Part shown: positions 49,590-59,623 of the stretch, one piece after another | How positions within the stretch are numbered: the stretch's first letter is position 1 | Layout of the letters: each line of letters starts with the position of its first letter | Assembly: GCA_031441465.1 (NCBI GenBank) | Contig: JANOEP010000027.1 | Coordinates: 13,572 to 77,571 of the forward strand | Direction of reading: 5' to 3' | DNA: 64,000 nt | Source: a bacterium | GTDB lineage: Bacteria > Krumholzibacteriota > Krumholzibacteriia > LZORAL124-64-63 | Notes under the pieces: model-generated | What the model was told of the DNA's origin: nothing | What the model saw: only the letters and a program-made list of their open reading frames with translations | The model's database searches: none | Translations under genes and position numbers: made by a program

Positions 49590-49619
49590 ATTGTATCAAA
49601 TCTTGTGGGGGTATTGCAA
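49590..49619 (-). promoter_or_regulatory. Putative sigma70 promoter for the secreted GH57 operon
   Basis: Minus strand TTGCAA-N18-TACAAT with an extended -10 TG. Confidence 0.55.
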
Positions 49620-49644
49620 GTGGCATCGGCCGGCGCGGAGCGGA

Positions 49645-50487
49645 TCAGCCCTTCACGCCGCCCAGGGTGAGGCCGGAGATCAGGTACCGGCTGAGCAGCA
49701 GGAACAGGACCACGACCGGGATGCAGACCAGGACCGAACCGGCGGCGTAGTTGGCCCACTCGGTCTGGTAGGTGGAGGCCAGCGACTCGAGACCCAGCGG
49801 CAGGGTGTGCAGTTCGGCGCTCGGCAACATGACGCGGGCCACGATGAACTCGCTCCAGCCGGTCATGAAGGAGAACAGCGCGGTGATCACCAGGGCCGGC
49901 GCGCTCAGCGGCAGCGTGACGCGGCGGAAGGCCTCGAAGCGGCTGGCGCCGTCGATCAGCGCCGCCTCCTCGAGGTCGACGGGGATCGTGTCGTAGTAGC
50001 CCTTCATGGTCCACACGCAGAACGGGAGCGCCGTGGCCACGTAGGCGATCACCACCCCGATCAGGGTGTCCACCAGCTGGACCTTGCGCATGATCATGTA
50101 GAGGGGCAGCAGGAGCATCGTCGCGGGGAACATCTGCGTCACGAGGATCCCCTGCAGGGCGGCGCCGCGCCCGCGGAAGCGCGACCGCGAAAAAGCGTAG
50201 CCCGCCAGGCTGGCCAGCGAGACGCCGATCAGCGCCGTGCTCACCGACACCAGCAGGCTGTTGCGCAGCCAGGTCGGGAACGGCTTGTCGAAGAGGATGG
50301 CGCGGTAGGCCGCCAGCGTCGCGCCCTGCGGGATCAGCCGCAGGTCCGTGGTGTAGAGCTGGTCGCCGGGCCGCAGCGAGATGTTGACGACCTGCAGGAT
50401 CGGGTAGACCGAGAACAGCACGAACAACCACACCAGCGCGTGCACCCACACGTGGCTCCAGAGACGGGCCGCCGGACGCGCACGCAT
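49645..50487 (-). CDS. malG: Maltose/maltodextrin ABC transporter permease (MalG-like)
   Basis: AGYAFSRSRFRG, QMFP, KGYYDTIP, EAA loop LEEAALIDGA, WSEF, GLTLGGVKG. Confidence 0.9.
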   Translation of the reverse strand: MRARPAARLWSHVWVHALVWLFVLFSVYPILQVVNISLRPGDQLYTTDLRLIPQGATLAAYRAILFDKPFPTWLRNSLLVSVSTALIGVSLASLAGYAFSRSRFRGRGAALQGILVTQMFPATMLLLPLYMIMRKVQLVDTLIGVVIAYVATALPFCVWTMKGYYDTIPVDLEEAALIDGASRFEAFRRVTLPLSAPALVITALFSFMTGWSEFIVARVMLPSAELHTLPLGLESLASTYQTEWANYAAGSVLVCIPVVVLFLLLSRYLISGLTLGGVKG

Positions 50488-51386
50488 CAGAATGCCTCCC
50501 GGTCGGCGGCGCGCTGGTAGATCTTCACGATCCCGAACAGGGTCAGGAAGATGAAGACCGAGAAGGCGGCCGCGTAGCCGTAGCGGTAGTAGGTGAAGGC
50601 GGCCTTGTAGACGTAGGTCACCAGGATGTGGCTCTTGTCGCCGGGCTCGCCCTGCTTGGTGACCAGCCAGATCACGTTGAGGTTGTTGAAGGTCCAGATC
50701 GTGCCCAGCACGATCGCGGGCGTCAGCACCGGCCTGAGCATCGGCAGGGTGATCGCGGTGAAGCGGCGCCAGGCGCCGGCCCCGTCGATGCGGGCCGCCT
50801 CGTAGAGTTCTTCGGGGATGCTCTGCAGGCCGCCCAGGGCCACGACCATGATGAACGGGAAGCCGAGCCAGATGTTCGTGATCGTCGCGGCGGCGAAGGC
50901 CGTCCACTCGCCGCTCAGCCAGCCCACCGCCCCGAGCCCCAGCTTGCCCAGCAGCAGGTTCACCGAACCGTACTCCAGGTTGAACATGCCGCGCCAGGTC
51001 AGGGCTGAGATGTACTGCGGCATGGCCCAGGGCAGGATCAGCAGGGCGCGGTACAGCGGCCGGCCCGGCAAGCGGCGGTTCAGCAGCAGTGCCGCGCCCA
51101 CCCCGAGGGTCACGTGGAAGACGAGGTTGACACCCGTCCACAGGAACGTCCTGAGAAAGACGCGCAGGAATTCCGGCTCGCGCACGAGCTTGGCGTAGTT
51201 GGTCAGTCCGTTGAACGCCGGGTCGCGGAAGTGGAACATGTTCCAGTTGGTGAACGACATCCCGACGTTGTAGAAGAACGGGTACGCCACGACCAGCAGC
51301 AGCACCGCGGCGGTGGGCGCCAGGAACCAGAGAGCCATCCGGCCGCCCCGGGATTCGAGGTCCACGCGTCGGCGCCCACCGTTCAT
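50487..51386 (-). CDS. malF: Maltose/maltodextrin ABC transporter permease (MalF-like)
   Basis: YRALLILPWAMP, NIWLGFPF, LQSIPEELYEAARIDGA, FNNLNVI. Confidence 0.9.
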   Translation of the reverse strand: MNGGRRRVDLESRGGRMALWFLAPTAAVLLLVVAYPFFYNVGMSFTNWNMFHFRDPAFNGLTNYAKLVREPEFLRVFLRTFLWTGVNLVFHVTLGVGAALLLNRRLPGRPLYRALLILPWAMPQYISALTWRGMFNLEYGSVNLLLGKLGLGAVGWLSGEWTAFAAATITNIWLGFPFIMVVALGGLQSIPEELYEAARIDGAGAWRRFTAITLPMLRPVLTPAIVLGTIWTFNNLNVIWLVTKQGEPGDKSHILVTYVYKAAFTYYRYGYAAAFSVFIFLTLFGIVKIYQRAADREAF

Positions 51387-52636
51387 TCCCGCATCTCCGC
51401 GATCAGGCGCACGGCCCGCTCCTGCATGCGGGCGGCGGCCGCCTCCGGCGTCAGCTCGCCGCTGAGGCAGGCCTGGTAGGCGGGGCGCATGGCGTCCCAG
51501 ATGGCCCGCATCTCGCTGACGATGGGCATGATGCGCCCGTGGTCGACCTGGCGACGCGAGGCGGCCAGCAGCGGGTCGGCCACGAGTTGGGGGTCGGCGC
51601 GCACTTCGATGTCGCCGGGCAACACCGCCAGTTCGCGCGCCAGATCCGTCTGCACCTCGGGCGAGGTCAACCAGCGCAGCAGAGCCAGGGTGGCCGGCAG
51701 GCTCTTGGGGTGCGTGTAGCGGTTCACCGAGTAGCACTTGGCCGCGGTCATCGGCGAGGGCCACAGCCCGGTGGCGGGGATACGCGGCAGCAGGCCCAGT
51801 TCGATGTCCACGCCGGCCTGCCGGTAGCCGTCCCACGACCAGGGTCCGTTGACGATGTAGGCGGCGCGCCCCTCCTTGAACAACGTGTCGGCCAGCTGGT
51901 AGTCGCACTCGCGCGGCATCACGCCGGCTTCCACTAGGCCCTTGAGGAAGGTCAGGGCGTCGATCATGCCCTGGGAGTCGAGGGTCGGGTTCGCCTGCGC
52001 GTCCATCACCCAGCCGCCGAAGCCGCCCAACCACGGCACCAGGAAGAAGGGCTCGATGCGGTCGAAGACCACGCCGTAGATCTCGGGCTTGCCGTCGCCG
52101 TCGCGGTCGACGGTGAGCCGGCGCAGCTGCGCGACCCAGGCGTCGGCGTCCTCCGGGATCGCGTCCACGTGCGCGCGGTTGGCCACCAGGGTGAGGTGGT
52201 TGCCGACCTGGTCGGGCAGGCCCCAGACGTGCCCCTCGAGGGTCGGCAGGCCGGAGGGGTCGAAGCGCGCCAGCACCTCGGGCGGCAGCAGCTCGTCCAG
52301 CGGCAGGATCAGGTCCATGATCACGAAGGGACCGACCTGGTCCGAGGGGCCGTAGACCAGGTTGGGTCCGCCCATGGCCATGGCTGCGGTCTGGAACTGG
52401 GTGCGCAGGTCCTCGGTGTTGTAGTTGGCGCGGGAGATGCGGATGTCGGCGTACTCGGGGTGGGCGGCCTGGAACTCGCCGATGTGCCGCTCGAGCAGGG
52501 TGCGCTCGCGGGGATCCATCTGCTCCCAGATGACGACCTGGTCGGCGCGGTCGACCCGACCGCAGCCGCCGGCGGTCGCCAGCAGCGACAGGCAGGCGAC
52601 GAACGGCGCAATGCGGTGGGGGCACGGGCGGTTCAT
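51383..52636 (-). CDS. malE: Maltose/maltodextrin-binding lipoprotein (MalE-like solute-binding protein)
   Basis: Lipobox AGG-C; GPSDQVG, FKEGRAAYIVNGPWS, IMPIVSEMRAIW. Confidence 0.85.
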   Translation of the reverse strand: MNRPCPHRIAPFVACLSLLATAGGCGRVDRADQVVIWEQMDPRERTLLERHIGEFQAAHPEYADIRISRANYNTEDLRTQFQTAAMAMGGPNLVYGPSDQVGPFVIMDLILPLDELLPPEVLARFDPSGLPTLEGHVWGLPDQVGNHLTLVANRAHVDAIPEDADAWVAQLRRLTVDRDGDGKPEIYGVVFDRIEPFFLVPWLGGFGGWVMDAQANPTLDSQGMIDALTFLKGLVEAGVMPRECDYQLADTLFKEGRAAYIVNGPWSWDGYRQAGVDIELGLLPRIPATGLWPSPMTAAKCYSVNRYTHPKSLPATLALLRWLTSPEVQTDLARELAVLPGDIEVRADPQLVADPLLAASRRQVDHGRIMPIVSEMRAIWDAMRPAYQACLSGELTPEAAAARMQERAVRLIAEMRE

Positions 52637-52765
52637 GGTCCGATGAGGCTACCCGCCCGAATGGTCCCGTGCAATCGGAATGTGGTGGCGGCGCGACCGC
52701 CGCGCCCCGTATAATGCCGGCTCCCGGAACGCGACCACGTCCACCGACCGGAGCGGGGCGATCCC

Positions 52766-55700
52766 ATGCGAGCCAGCCAACTCCTGCGAACCCGCGCGGC
52801 CCTGGCCGCGTTGCTCGTCCTGCTGGGCGCCGCGGGCGCCGCGGCCGAACCCTTCCACACGCCGACCGTCAACGGCCTCATCGCCGGCGACGGCGTCGAC
52901 TGGGAGACGCCCGACCGCGTGCTCGACGACTTCGACGACGACGGCAACCAGCGCTCGGGCAACACCCGTCACCTGTGGCTCACCTGGGACCAGAACAATC
53001 TCTACCTCGGCCTGAACTACCAGGCGCTGGACCGCACGGTCGTGGTCTACCTCGACGCGGGGCTGGGCACGGGACCCACCGACGCGTCGCTGCTCGACCA
53101 GTTCCCCCGCGCCCTCGTGCTGCCCGCGGGTCGGCACATCGACCTGCTGCTCGCGCAGCACCACACCGGGTTCACCAACCTCGGCACGCTGCAGGCCTGG
53201 CGCGTCACCGACGCAACCGGCGCGCTGACCGAGATCACCACCTCGACGCAGAACGCCCAGACCTACGGCGTGGACAACACCTTCCCCGGCGCCAGCATCT
53301 TCTGGTTCCGCAACGAGATCGCCATCCCCTGGAGCGTGGTCTACCCCGACGGCCCACCCGCACACGCGGTGCTGCGCGCCGCCGTGGCCGTCACCCCCGG
53401 CGCCGACGGCGCCGGCGCCGACGACCTCATGCCCGGGCTCGGCCGGCTCGAAGGCGTCGCGGGTCCGATCCGGATCGCCCAGATGCACGCCTCGATCCTC
53501 GATCAGGACGGCGACGGCGAGGTCGACCCCCTCGACGCCGGCGCCAGCGGCACGGTCACCCTGCAGCAGGATCCGGGCAACGCGGCGATCACCGCGACGG
53601 CCACGCTGACCGACTGGAGCGGCGCGCCGCTCGGCGGTCCGATCGCCGCGGTCCGCACCGCCGCCGGCGCCCACGACTACCGTCTCGGCCGCTTGGCCGC
53701 CGGCACCTACACGCTGCAGTTCTCGGCGCCGGGCTACTTCCCCAACACGATCGAGGTCACGGTAGCGGCCGGACAGGAGCTGACCGGCGCCAACGTCACG
53801 CTGGAGAAGGCGACCACGATCACCGGCACGCTCGCGCTCGAGTTGGCCGGCTCGCGCGGCGGTTTCGTGTTCCGGGCCCCGGACGGCGCGGTCCTGGCGG
53901 AGCAGCCGCTGCTGCTGCCCAACCAGTTCCCGTACCACTTCACGTTCTACGTGCAGGAGAGCGGCGACTACGAGCTGGAAGCCTTCGCCGCCAACCACCT
54001 GCGCCGGACCTTCACCATCCCCGTGGTCGCGGGCGTCGATGTCGCGAACCTCGTCCTGCAGCTGCCGCGGGCGCCCCTGATCGCCGGCGCCGCCTCGTTC
54101 GCCAGCGGCCCCGGCGCGGCCGGCACCGTGACGATCGGCAACGCGGCCGGCGACACCGTCCTGGCGACCACGGTGATCGGACCCGGCGCGACCGCGTTCT
54201 CGTACTACGCGCCGCGGCTCGGGGCCTTGACCCTGCGAGCCACCGCCGGCACCTACGCCCCCGTCGTGCTGAACGTCAACGTCGTCGCGGGCCAGGACCT
54301 GAACGGGCTCGCGCTGCCGCTACACCGCCTGCCGCAGCTCGCCGGCTCGATCGGCTTCGCCGACGGGCCCGGACACGCAGGCCGGCTGATCCTCTCCGGC
54401 GGCGCCGCCGATCCCGACACGCTGGACTTCCCCGCGGACGGCGGCACGTTCGCCGAAGGCTCCGGCGAGCTGGCGCCCTTCTTCGTGCCCGCCGGGAGCT
54501 ACCTGCTCACGGCCGAGGCCGACGGCTACGTTCCGCAGACCCGCGAACTGGCCGTGGCCGACGCGCCCGACCAGACAGTGGACGCGGGCGTGTTCTCGCT
54601 GCTGGCGGTGCGGGCCGACCGCCTGCGCCTGCTGGACGACCAGGGCCTGCCGACGGTGAGCGTGTCGGCCACGGTCTCGGTCCCCGCGGACGGCTTCTAC
54701 TCCTACGCGCCGCTGCGGCTCGAGGCGGTCGACGCCGCAGGGCGGCGCGACCTGTTTGACCTCGACGCCAAGCTGGCGGACCTACCCCTGACCGCGCGCA
54801 AGCTCGACGACGTGTCGCCGCCGAGCGGGGCCGCGCGCTTCCTCGCGAGCGAGGACTTCGCGGACGTCGTCACCACCGCCAGCGCCGACAGCGGCCTGAT
54901 CCGGCTCTGGATCGCCGACGACGCGGTCGAAGTGCTGCGCCTCTACGTTGGACCCGACGTTCCCGACCACCTCAAGCAGGGACCCGAGTCCCCCACGGCC
55001 CGCTTCATGGTCGGCTTCAACGACCCCCGCCCGGCCGTCGTCGTGCTCGCGGCCGAACGCGACACGCTGCGCACCGACGGCCAGGACGCCGTGCTGGTCT
55101 CGGCCCAGCTCTACGACTCCGCCGGCAACGCGAGCCTCCTGCCCGATATCGCGGTCACCTTCTCCGTCGCCCCGTCCTCGACCGGCGAGGGCGCCTTCAC
55201 CGTCCCCACGGTGACCACCAACGCCGACGGCTTCGCCGTGGCCGAGCTGACCGCCACCGGCACCGGCGTGCTGCAGATCGACGCGTCCGTGTCCATCGAC
55301 GGCGCGGTCCTGGAAGTCCGCACCGGTGGGCCGGACGGGCCCGTCGGCCGCCTGCCGGTGACCGTCATCCCCGGGGTCACGGTCTCCTGGCGGATCGCCG
55401 CCGCGGCGGGCACCGCCGGCATCGCCTTGCCGGCGACCATCGTCGCGCAGCTGGTCGACGCCTACGGCAACCCCACCGCGGACGCGGGCGTGCCGCTGAC
55501 GTTCGTCGCGGCGCCCGCGACGCTCGGCTCGTTCACCGTCCCGGCGACCCAGAGCGGCGCCGACGGCCGGGCCACGGCCGTCTTCCAGCCCGCCGGCCTG
55601 GCCGGTGTGGTGACCCTCGACGCCGTCTCGTCCGCGTATCCCGTGGAGCCGGTCCTGCTGCAACTGCGCGACGTGGCCGTCGAGACCGACCCCGACTGGC

Positions 55701-58700
55701 AGAACGAGCCCGCAGACCACAACAGCTTCGACACGATCGACCTGACCGCCGTCGTGCTGGACAACACGCCCGACACGTTGCTGCTGGAGATCCCCTTCAC
55801 CACCGACTGGGCCGGCGTCCAGCTGCACGTGCTGCTGGAGACCAACGCCGACGCGGGCGGCGCCGCGAGCGACCCCTTCGTCATGCCCGTCAACTACGGC
55901 CACGCGCTGCGGCCCGACTACGCCCTGACCTCGAAGTATTCCGCCAACGACTACGGCGACTTCCGCAAGGCGTCCGGCGCGGGCTGGCAGTTCTGGAGCA
56001 CCGCGACGGCGACCTTCGAAGACTCCCCCGGCACGAACAACATCCAGGACAGCTGGGTCGAGATCACGGCCGACGCGGTCCGCATCGCCATCCCGTTCGC
56101 GGCCCTCGGGGGCGCGCCCGATTCGCTGCGCTGCGAGGTCTACGCCACGCAGGAGGACGGGGGCCAGAAGCGCTCGGCCTTCGACTCGGTCCCGCCCGAC
56201 GCCACCCTCGACCTGGACTTCGACTACCTCGACCCGCAGACGGGCGACTGGGAGTCGACGGTGCTGCCGACCACGCTCGCCAACTGGGGCCGCACCTACC
56301 GGATCAAGACCGACTTCCCGACGCCGCCGGCGGTGACCGAAGCCGCCGCCGCGCCCGTCGAACTGACGGCCGGCACGCCCTACGTCCTGACCGCCCGGGT
56401 CCTGGACGCGGGCGACGGCGTCGGCGACGTGCTGGCCGACCTCTCGTCGACGGCGGGCGCCGCGCTGGCGCGGATGCACGACGACGGCGAGACGGCCCAC
56501 GGCGACGCCTTCGCGGGCGACGGCGTCTTCAGCCTGCGCGCGTTGGTGCCCCTGGGCAGCCCCGGCGGCGAGCAACCGCTGGTGGTCCTGGCCTACGACG
56601 CCGCCAACCGCGTCGCCGCGCGCGACACGGCGCTGGTGCAGGTCGCCGCGCAGGTCGAGATCCTCCGCAGCACCACCGACGCCGAGGGCGACGACCACGG
56701 CCCGAACCAGCCGAGCGAGGCCCTCAAGTACTACACCTACCCGACCAACGCCGTCTTCGTGCCGAACGCCTTCGACCTGCGCTCGCTGAACGTGTACGAG
56801 ACCACGGCCGTGGTGGCCGGCCGGCCGGTCGTCATGCTGGCCTTCGAGATCGGCGTCGGCGACTTCCCCAACCCCGCCGATCCCGGCATGGCCGACTGGA
56901 ACCCCACCTACGGCGAGATGAACATCCAGAAACTGGACCTGCTGATCGACAGCGCGCCGGGCGGGGCGACCACCGGCCTGCCCAACCGCCGCCTGGACCT
57001 GCAGCCCTGGAACGCCTGGGAGTACGCCGTGATCATGGACGGCTGGTACAAGGCGCTGGTCCCTTCGTTGGGCCTGAACTCGCTGGACGCCTGGCGCGAG
57101 AACGCCCTGCGCAACGACGTCGACATGCAGTTCTCCGGGGACTTCGACCGCAACACGATCACCGCCCTGGTCTCCAAGGCGGCCCTGGGCAACCCGACCG
57201 CCGACGACGTGCGCAACTGGAACATCGCCGTGCTGATCTCGAGCCACGACTTCGGCGGCGAAGAGGTCCTGGGCGGCGTGCGCTGGGTCAACGAGGCGCG
57301 CAGCGAGTGGAACTTCGGCGGCGGCCACTACACCGACCGCGACGCCAACGTCATGGATCTGCTGCTCTCTCCGGGCGCCGGCCGCAGCGCCGGCCTGCCC
57401 CAGGAGCAGATCCTGGACTACGACCGGCCCGAAGCGCGCGACCGCCTGGCGCAGGGCCTGGCCGCCTGCGCCCTGGAGATCTCCGCTTTCGAGGACACCG
57501 GCCCGCCGGTGATCCGCATCGTCAAGGACTACGGTGAGGTCGTGCGCCGCACGCCGCTGCGCGACGCGCCGATCGCCTTCACCCTGGAGATCAGCGACGA
57601 CTACGCCGTCGACCACGCAACCTTCCGCTACCGGCCCAGCAGCGCCGCCGGCGCCTGGTCGGCGGAATCGCCCATGGGCTACGTGGGCAACGACCTCTGG
57701 AGCGTCGACATCCCCGCCGCGTGGCTGGACGAGAACCTGGTGCGCTCCCCCGTCGACGGCACGCGCTACCTGGAGTTCCAGGTCGAGGCCGTCGACGCCA
57801 GCGCCGAGCACAAGACCACCGTCTCGCCGGTGACCACCATGCAGATCGAGGAGACGGCCGAGAGCCTGCGACTGACCGCAGCCATGGTTGCGGGCGAAGT
57901 GCGGCTGCGCCAAGTGGAGGGCTCGACGCTGGTCCTGGACGACGCCCTGCGCGGCCGGCTGGTCGAGTACTACCGCGACTGGACAGGCTCGACCCTGACG
58001 GCCGACAGCCTGGCGATCGTGCTGGAACTCGGTTGGGATCTGCGCCGGGTCCCGGACAGCGTGCGCAGCGCCCCCGCCGCCACGGACGCCCGTCCACTGG
58101 GGGTGACCCGCGAGGTGCGGCTGGACCTCGCCGCGACGTCGAGTCGCCTGGTGCCGCTCGATGACCGCCTCCCGGGTCCACTGTCGCTCACGCTGCACTA
58201 CATGCAGTCGGACCTGCCGCCCGGCGCCGACGAGGACCAGGTCGCGGTCTTCGAGTACCACGCCGCGGCGAACCGCTGGGTCCTGGTCGGCGGCAACGTC
58301 AATCCCGACGGCAACGAGGTCACCATCAACACCGACCACGCCGGGACCTACGGCCTGTTCTGGGCCCGCGACCTCGGCTACGACACGGGTGAGGTCGTCT
58401 CCGGCGTCACGATCTCGCCGAACCCGTTCTCCCCCAACGGCGACGGGCTCTACGACCAGACCACGATCAGCTTCTACCTCGACCGCGAGGCTTCGATCAC
58501 GCTCGAGGTCTACAACATCGACGGCAAGCTCAAGGCGCGGCTGCAGGAGACCGTCTCCTACACCGGCGACGACGACGCCCAGGGCCGACCTCGCCGCATC
58601 GCCGGCTTGATCTGGGACGGCACCGACGGGAACGGCGACCTCGTCCCTTACGGCGTGTACGTGCTGCGCCTGCTGGCCACCTACCAGGTGGGCGGCGGCA

Positions 58701-58744
58701 ACCGCACGATCGGCAGCAACCATCCCGTGGCGGTGATCCGATGA
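52766..58744 (+). CDS. 1992-aa secreted/surface multidomain protein (DOMON/CBM9-like, carboxypeptidase-regulatory-like and Big/invasin Ig repeats, glucodextranase-C-like DOMON, PNPFSPNGDG-type CTD)
   Basis: Signal peptide; TATAAT upstream at 52710; AQLYDSAGN and AQLVDAYGN Ig motifs; MHDDGETAHGDAFAGDGVF; DAEGDDHGP...YTYPTNAVF...FDL; C-terminal ISPNPFSPNGDG...WDGTDGNG...GVY. Confidence 0.8.
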   Translation: MRASQLLRTRAALAALLVLLGAAGAAAEPFHTPTVNGLIAGDGVDWETPDRVLDDFDDDGNQRSGNTRHLWLTWDQNNLYLGLNYQALDRTVVVYLDAGLGTGPTDASLLDQFPRALVLPAGRHIDLLLAQHHTGFTNLGTLQAWRVTDATGALTEITTSTQNAQTYGVDNTFPGASIFWFRNEIAIPWSVVYPDGPPAHAVLRAAVAVTPGADGAGADDLMPGLGRLEGVAGPIRIAQMHASILDQDGDGEVDPLDAGASGTVTLQQDPGNAAITATATLTDWSGAPLGGPIAAVRTAAGAHDYRLGRLAAGTYTLQFSAPGYFPNTIEVTVAAGQELTGANVTLEKATTITGTLALELAGSRGGFVFRAPDGAVLAEQPLLLPNQFPYHFTFYVQESGDYELEAFAANHLRRTFTIPVVAGVDVANLVLQLPRAPLIAGAASFASGPGAAGTVTIGNAAGDTVLATTVIGPGATAFSYYAPRLGALTLRATAGTYAPVVLNVNVVAGQDLNGLALPLHRLPQLAGSIGFADGPGHAGRLILSGGAADPDTLDFPADGGTFAEGSGELAPFFVPAGSYLLTAEADGYVPQTRELAVADAPDQTVDAGVFSLLAVRADRLRLLDDQGLPTVSVSATVSVPADGFYSYAPLRLEAVDAAGRRDLFDLDAKLADLPLTARKLDDVSPPSGAARFLASEDFADVVTTASADSGLIRLWIADDAVEVLRLYVGPDVPDHLKQGPESPTARFMVGFNDPRPAVVVLAAERDTLRTDGQDAVLVSAQLYDSAGNASLLPDIAVTFSVAPSSTGEGAFTVPTVTTNADGFAVAELTATGTGVLQIDASVSIDGAVLEVRTGGPDGPVGRLPVTVIPGVTVSWRIAAAAGTAGIALPATIVAQLVDAYGNPTADAGVPLTFVAAPATLGSFTVPATQSGADGRATAVFQPAGLAGVVTLDAVSSAYPVEPVLLQLRDVAVETDPDWQNEPADHNSFDTIDLTAVVLDNTPDTLLLEIPFTTDWAGVQLHVLLETNADAGGAASDPFVMPVNYGHALRPDYALTSKYSANDYGDFRKASGAGWQFWSTATATFEDSPGTNNIQDSWVEITADAVRIAIPFAALGGAPDSLRCEVYATQEDGGQKRSAFDSVPPDATLDLDFDYLDPQTGDWESTVLPTTLANWGRTYRIKTDFPTPPAVTEAAAAPVELTAGTPYVLTARVLDAGDGVGDVLADLSSTAGAALARMHDDGETAHGDAFAGDGVFSLRALVPLGSPGGEQPLVVLAYDAANRVAARDTALVQVAAQVEILRSTTDAEGDDHGPNQPSEALKYYTYPTNAVFVPNAFDLRSLNVYETTAVVAGRPVVMLAFEIGVGDFPNPADPGMADWNPTYGEMNIQKLDLLIDSAPGGATTGLPNRRLDLQPWNAWEYAVIMDGWYKALVPSLGLNSLDAWRENALRNDVDMQFSGDFDRNTITALVSKAALGNPTADDVRNWNIAVLISSHDFGGEEVLGGVRWVNEARSEWNFGGGHYTDRDANVMDLLLSPGAGRSAGLPQEQILDYDRPEARDRLAQGLAACALEISAFEDTGPPVIRIVKDYGEVVRRTPLRDAPIAFTLEISDDYAVDHATFRYRPSSAAGAWSAESPMGYVGNDLWSVDIPAAWLDENLVRSPVDGTRYLEFQVEAVDASAEHKTTVSPVTTMQIEETAESLRLTAAMVAGEVRLRQVEGSTLVLDDALRGRLVEYYRDWTGSTLTADSLAIVLELGWDLRRVPDSVRSAPAATDARPLGVTREVRLDLAATSSRLVPLDDRLPGPLSLTLHYMQSDLPPGADEDQVAVFEYHAAANRWVLVGGNVNPDGNEVTINTDHAGTYGLFWARDLGYDTGEVVSGVTISPNPFSPNGDGLYDQTTISFYLDREASITLEVYNIDGKLKARLQETVSYTGDDDAQGRPRRIAGLIWDGTDGNGDLVPYGVYVLRLLATYQVGGGNRTIGSNHPVAVIR

Positions 58745-59622
58745 CAAGAACCACGACGAGGCGGGTCCTGCTCGCCCTCCTGCTGGTGCTCGGCGCCGCC
58801 CAGTCGGCCCGGGCCGACTTCCGCCACGCCCGTCTGGGTGCGCGGCCGCGGGCCCTGGGCTCGGCCTTCACGGCGTTGAGCGACGACCCCAACGCCGTGT
58901 TCTGGAACCCCGCCGGCCTGTCGCGCGACGACCGGCTCTCGCTCACGCTCAGCCGGGCCTGGCAATACTCGGCGGAAGGCCTGGGCACCGACGACCTGAT
59001 CGTGACCTCGCCCGACCTGTGCGGTCTGCGGGTGGGCCTGGGCGTCATCCGCGTAGGCATCGAGGACCTGCTGTACGAGGACACCTACGCCCTGGCCGGC
59101 GCCGTGCGCGCACCGTGGCTGGAGGGGCTCTCGCTCGGGGTGACGGGCAAGGTCTTCCGCCTGGAGGCGCCCGGCTACGAGAGCTACGGCGACCCCGCCT
59201 ACAACGGCGGCGACATGGGCTTCGCCGTGGACCTGGGCTTCCTCTACGACAGCGGCCGGGCCTGGACCCTGGGCGGCGTGGTGCAGAACCTGAACGAGCC
59301 CTACCTGCAGCTGCTGGAGACGACCGTGGACCCCGATCCGGTGTTCAGCACCTTCGCCGTGGGCGGCAGCTACCTCTTCCGCGAGACACTGCGGGTCAGC
59401 GGCGACGTGCGCAGCCGCGAGGGCGGCTTCGGCGACACGACGCTGCACGGCGGCGCCGAGATCTGGTTCTTCGACGCGCTGGCCCTGCGGGCCGGCCTCG
59501 CCGCCGGCCAGGTCACGATGGGCTTCGGCCTGCAGGACGTGCGCTGGCAGCTCGACGTGGCCCTGGAATCCTTCGAACGCGTCGGCAACGTGTACATGCT
59601 CTCTTTCACGGTGAGGGACTGA
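58741..59622 (+). CDS. PorV/PorQ (FadL-like) outer-membrane beta-barrel, T9SS shuttle-like
   Basis: ATGA overlap with the giant gene; signal peptide followed by GARPRALGSAFTALSDDPNAVFWNPAGL; GFAVDLGFLY; LALRAG. Confidence 0.8.
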   Translation: MTRTTTRRVLLALLLVLGAAQSARADFRHARLGARPRALGSAFTALSDDPNAVFWNPAGLSRDDRLSLTLSRAWQYSAEGLGTDDLIVTSPDLCGLRVGLGVIRVGIEDLLYEDTYALAGAVRAPWLEGLSLGVTGKVFRLEAPGYESYGDPAYNGGDMGFAVDLGFLYDSGRAWTLGGVVQNLNEPYLQLLETTVDPDPVFSTFAVGGSYLFRETLRVSGDVRSREGGFGDTTLHGGAEIWFFDALALRAGLAAGQVTMGFGLQDVRWQLDVALESFERVGNVYMLSFTVRD

Positions 59623-59623
59623 C

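Noticed and set aside
43207..58747. Very long antisense and alternative-frame ORFs (e.g. 45753-49586 +, 54782-58747 -, 43207-45756 +)
   Set aside because: Expected shadows of high-GC3 coding sequence with few stop codons; low-complexity Arg/Gly/Ala/Val content and no motifs.
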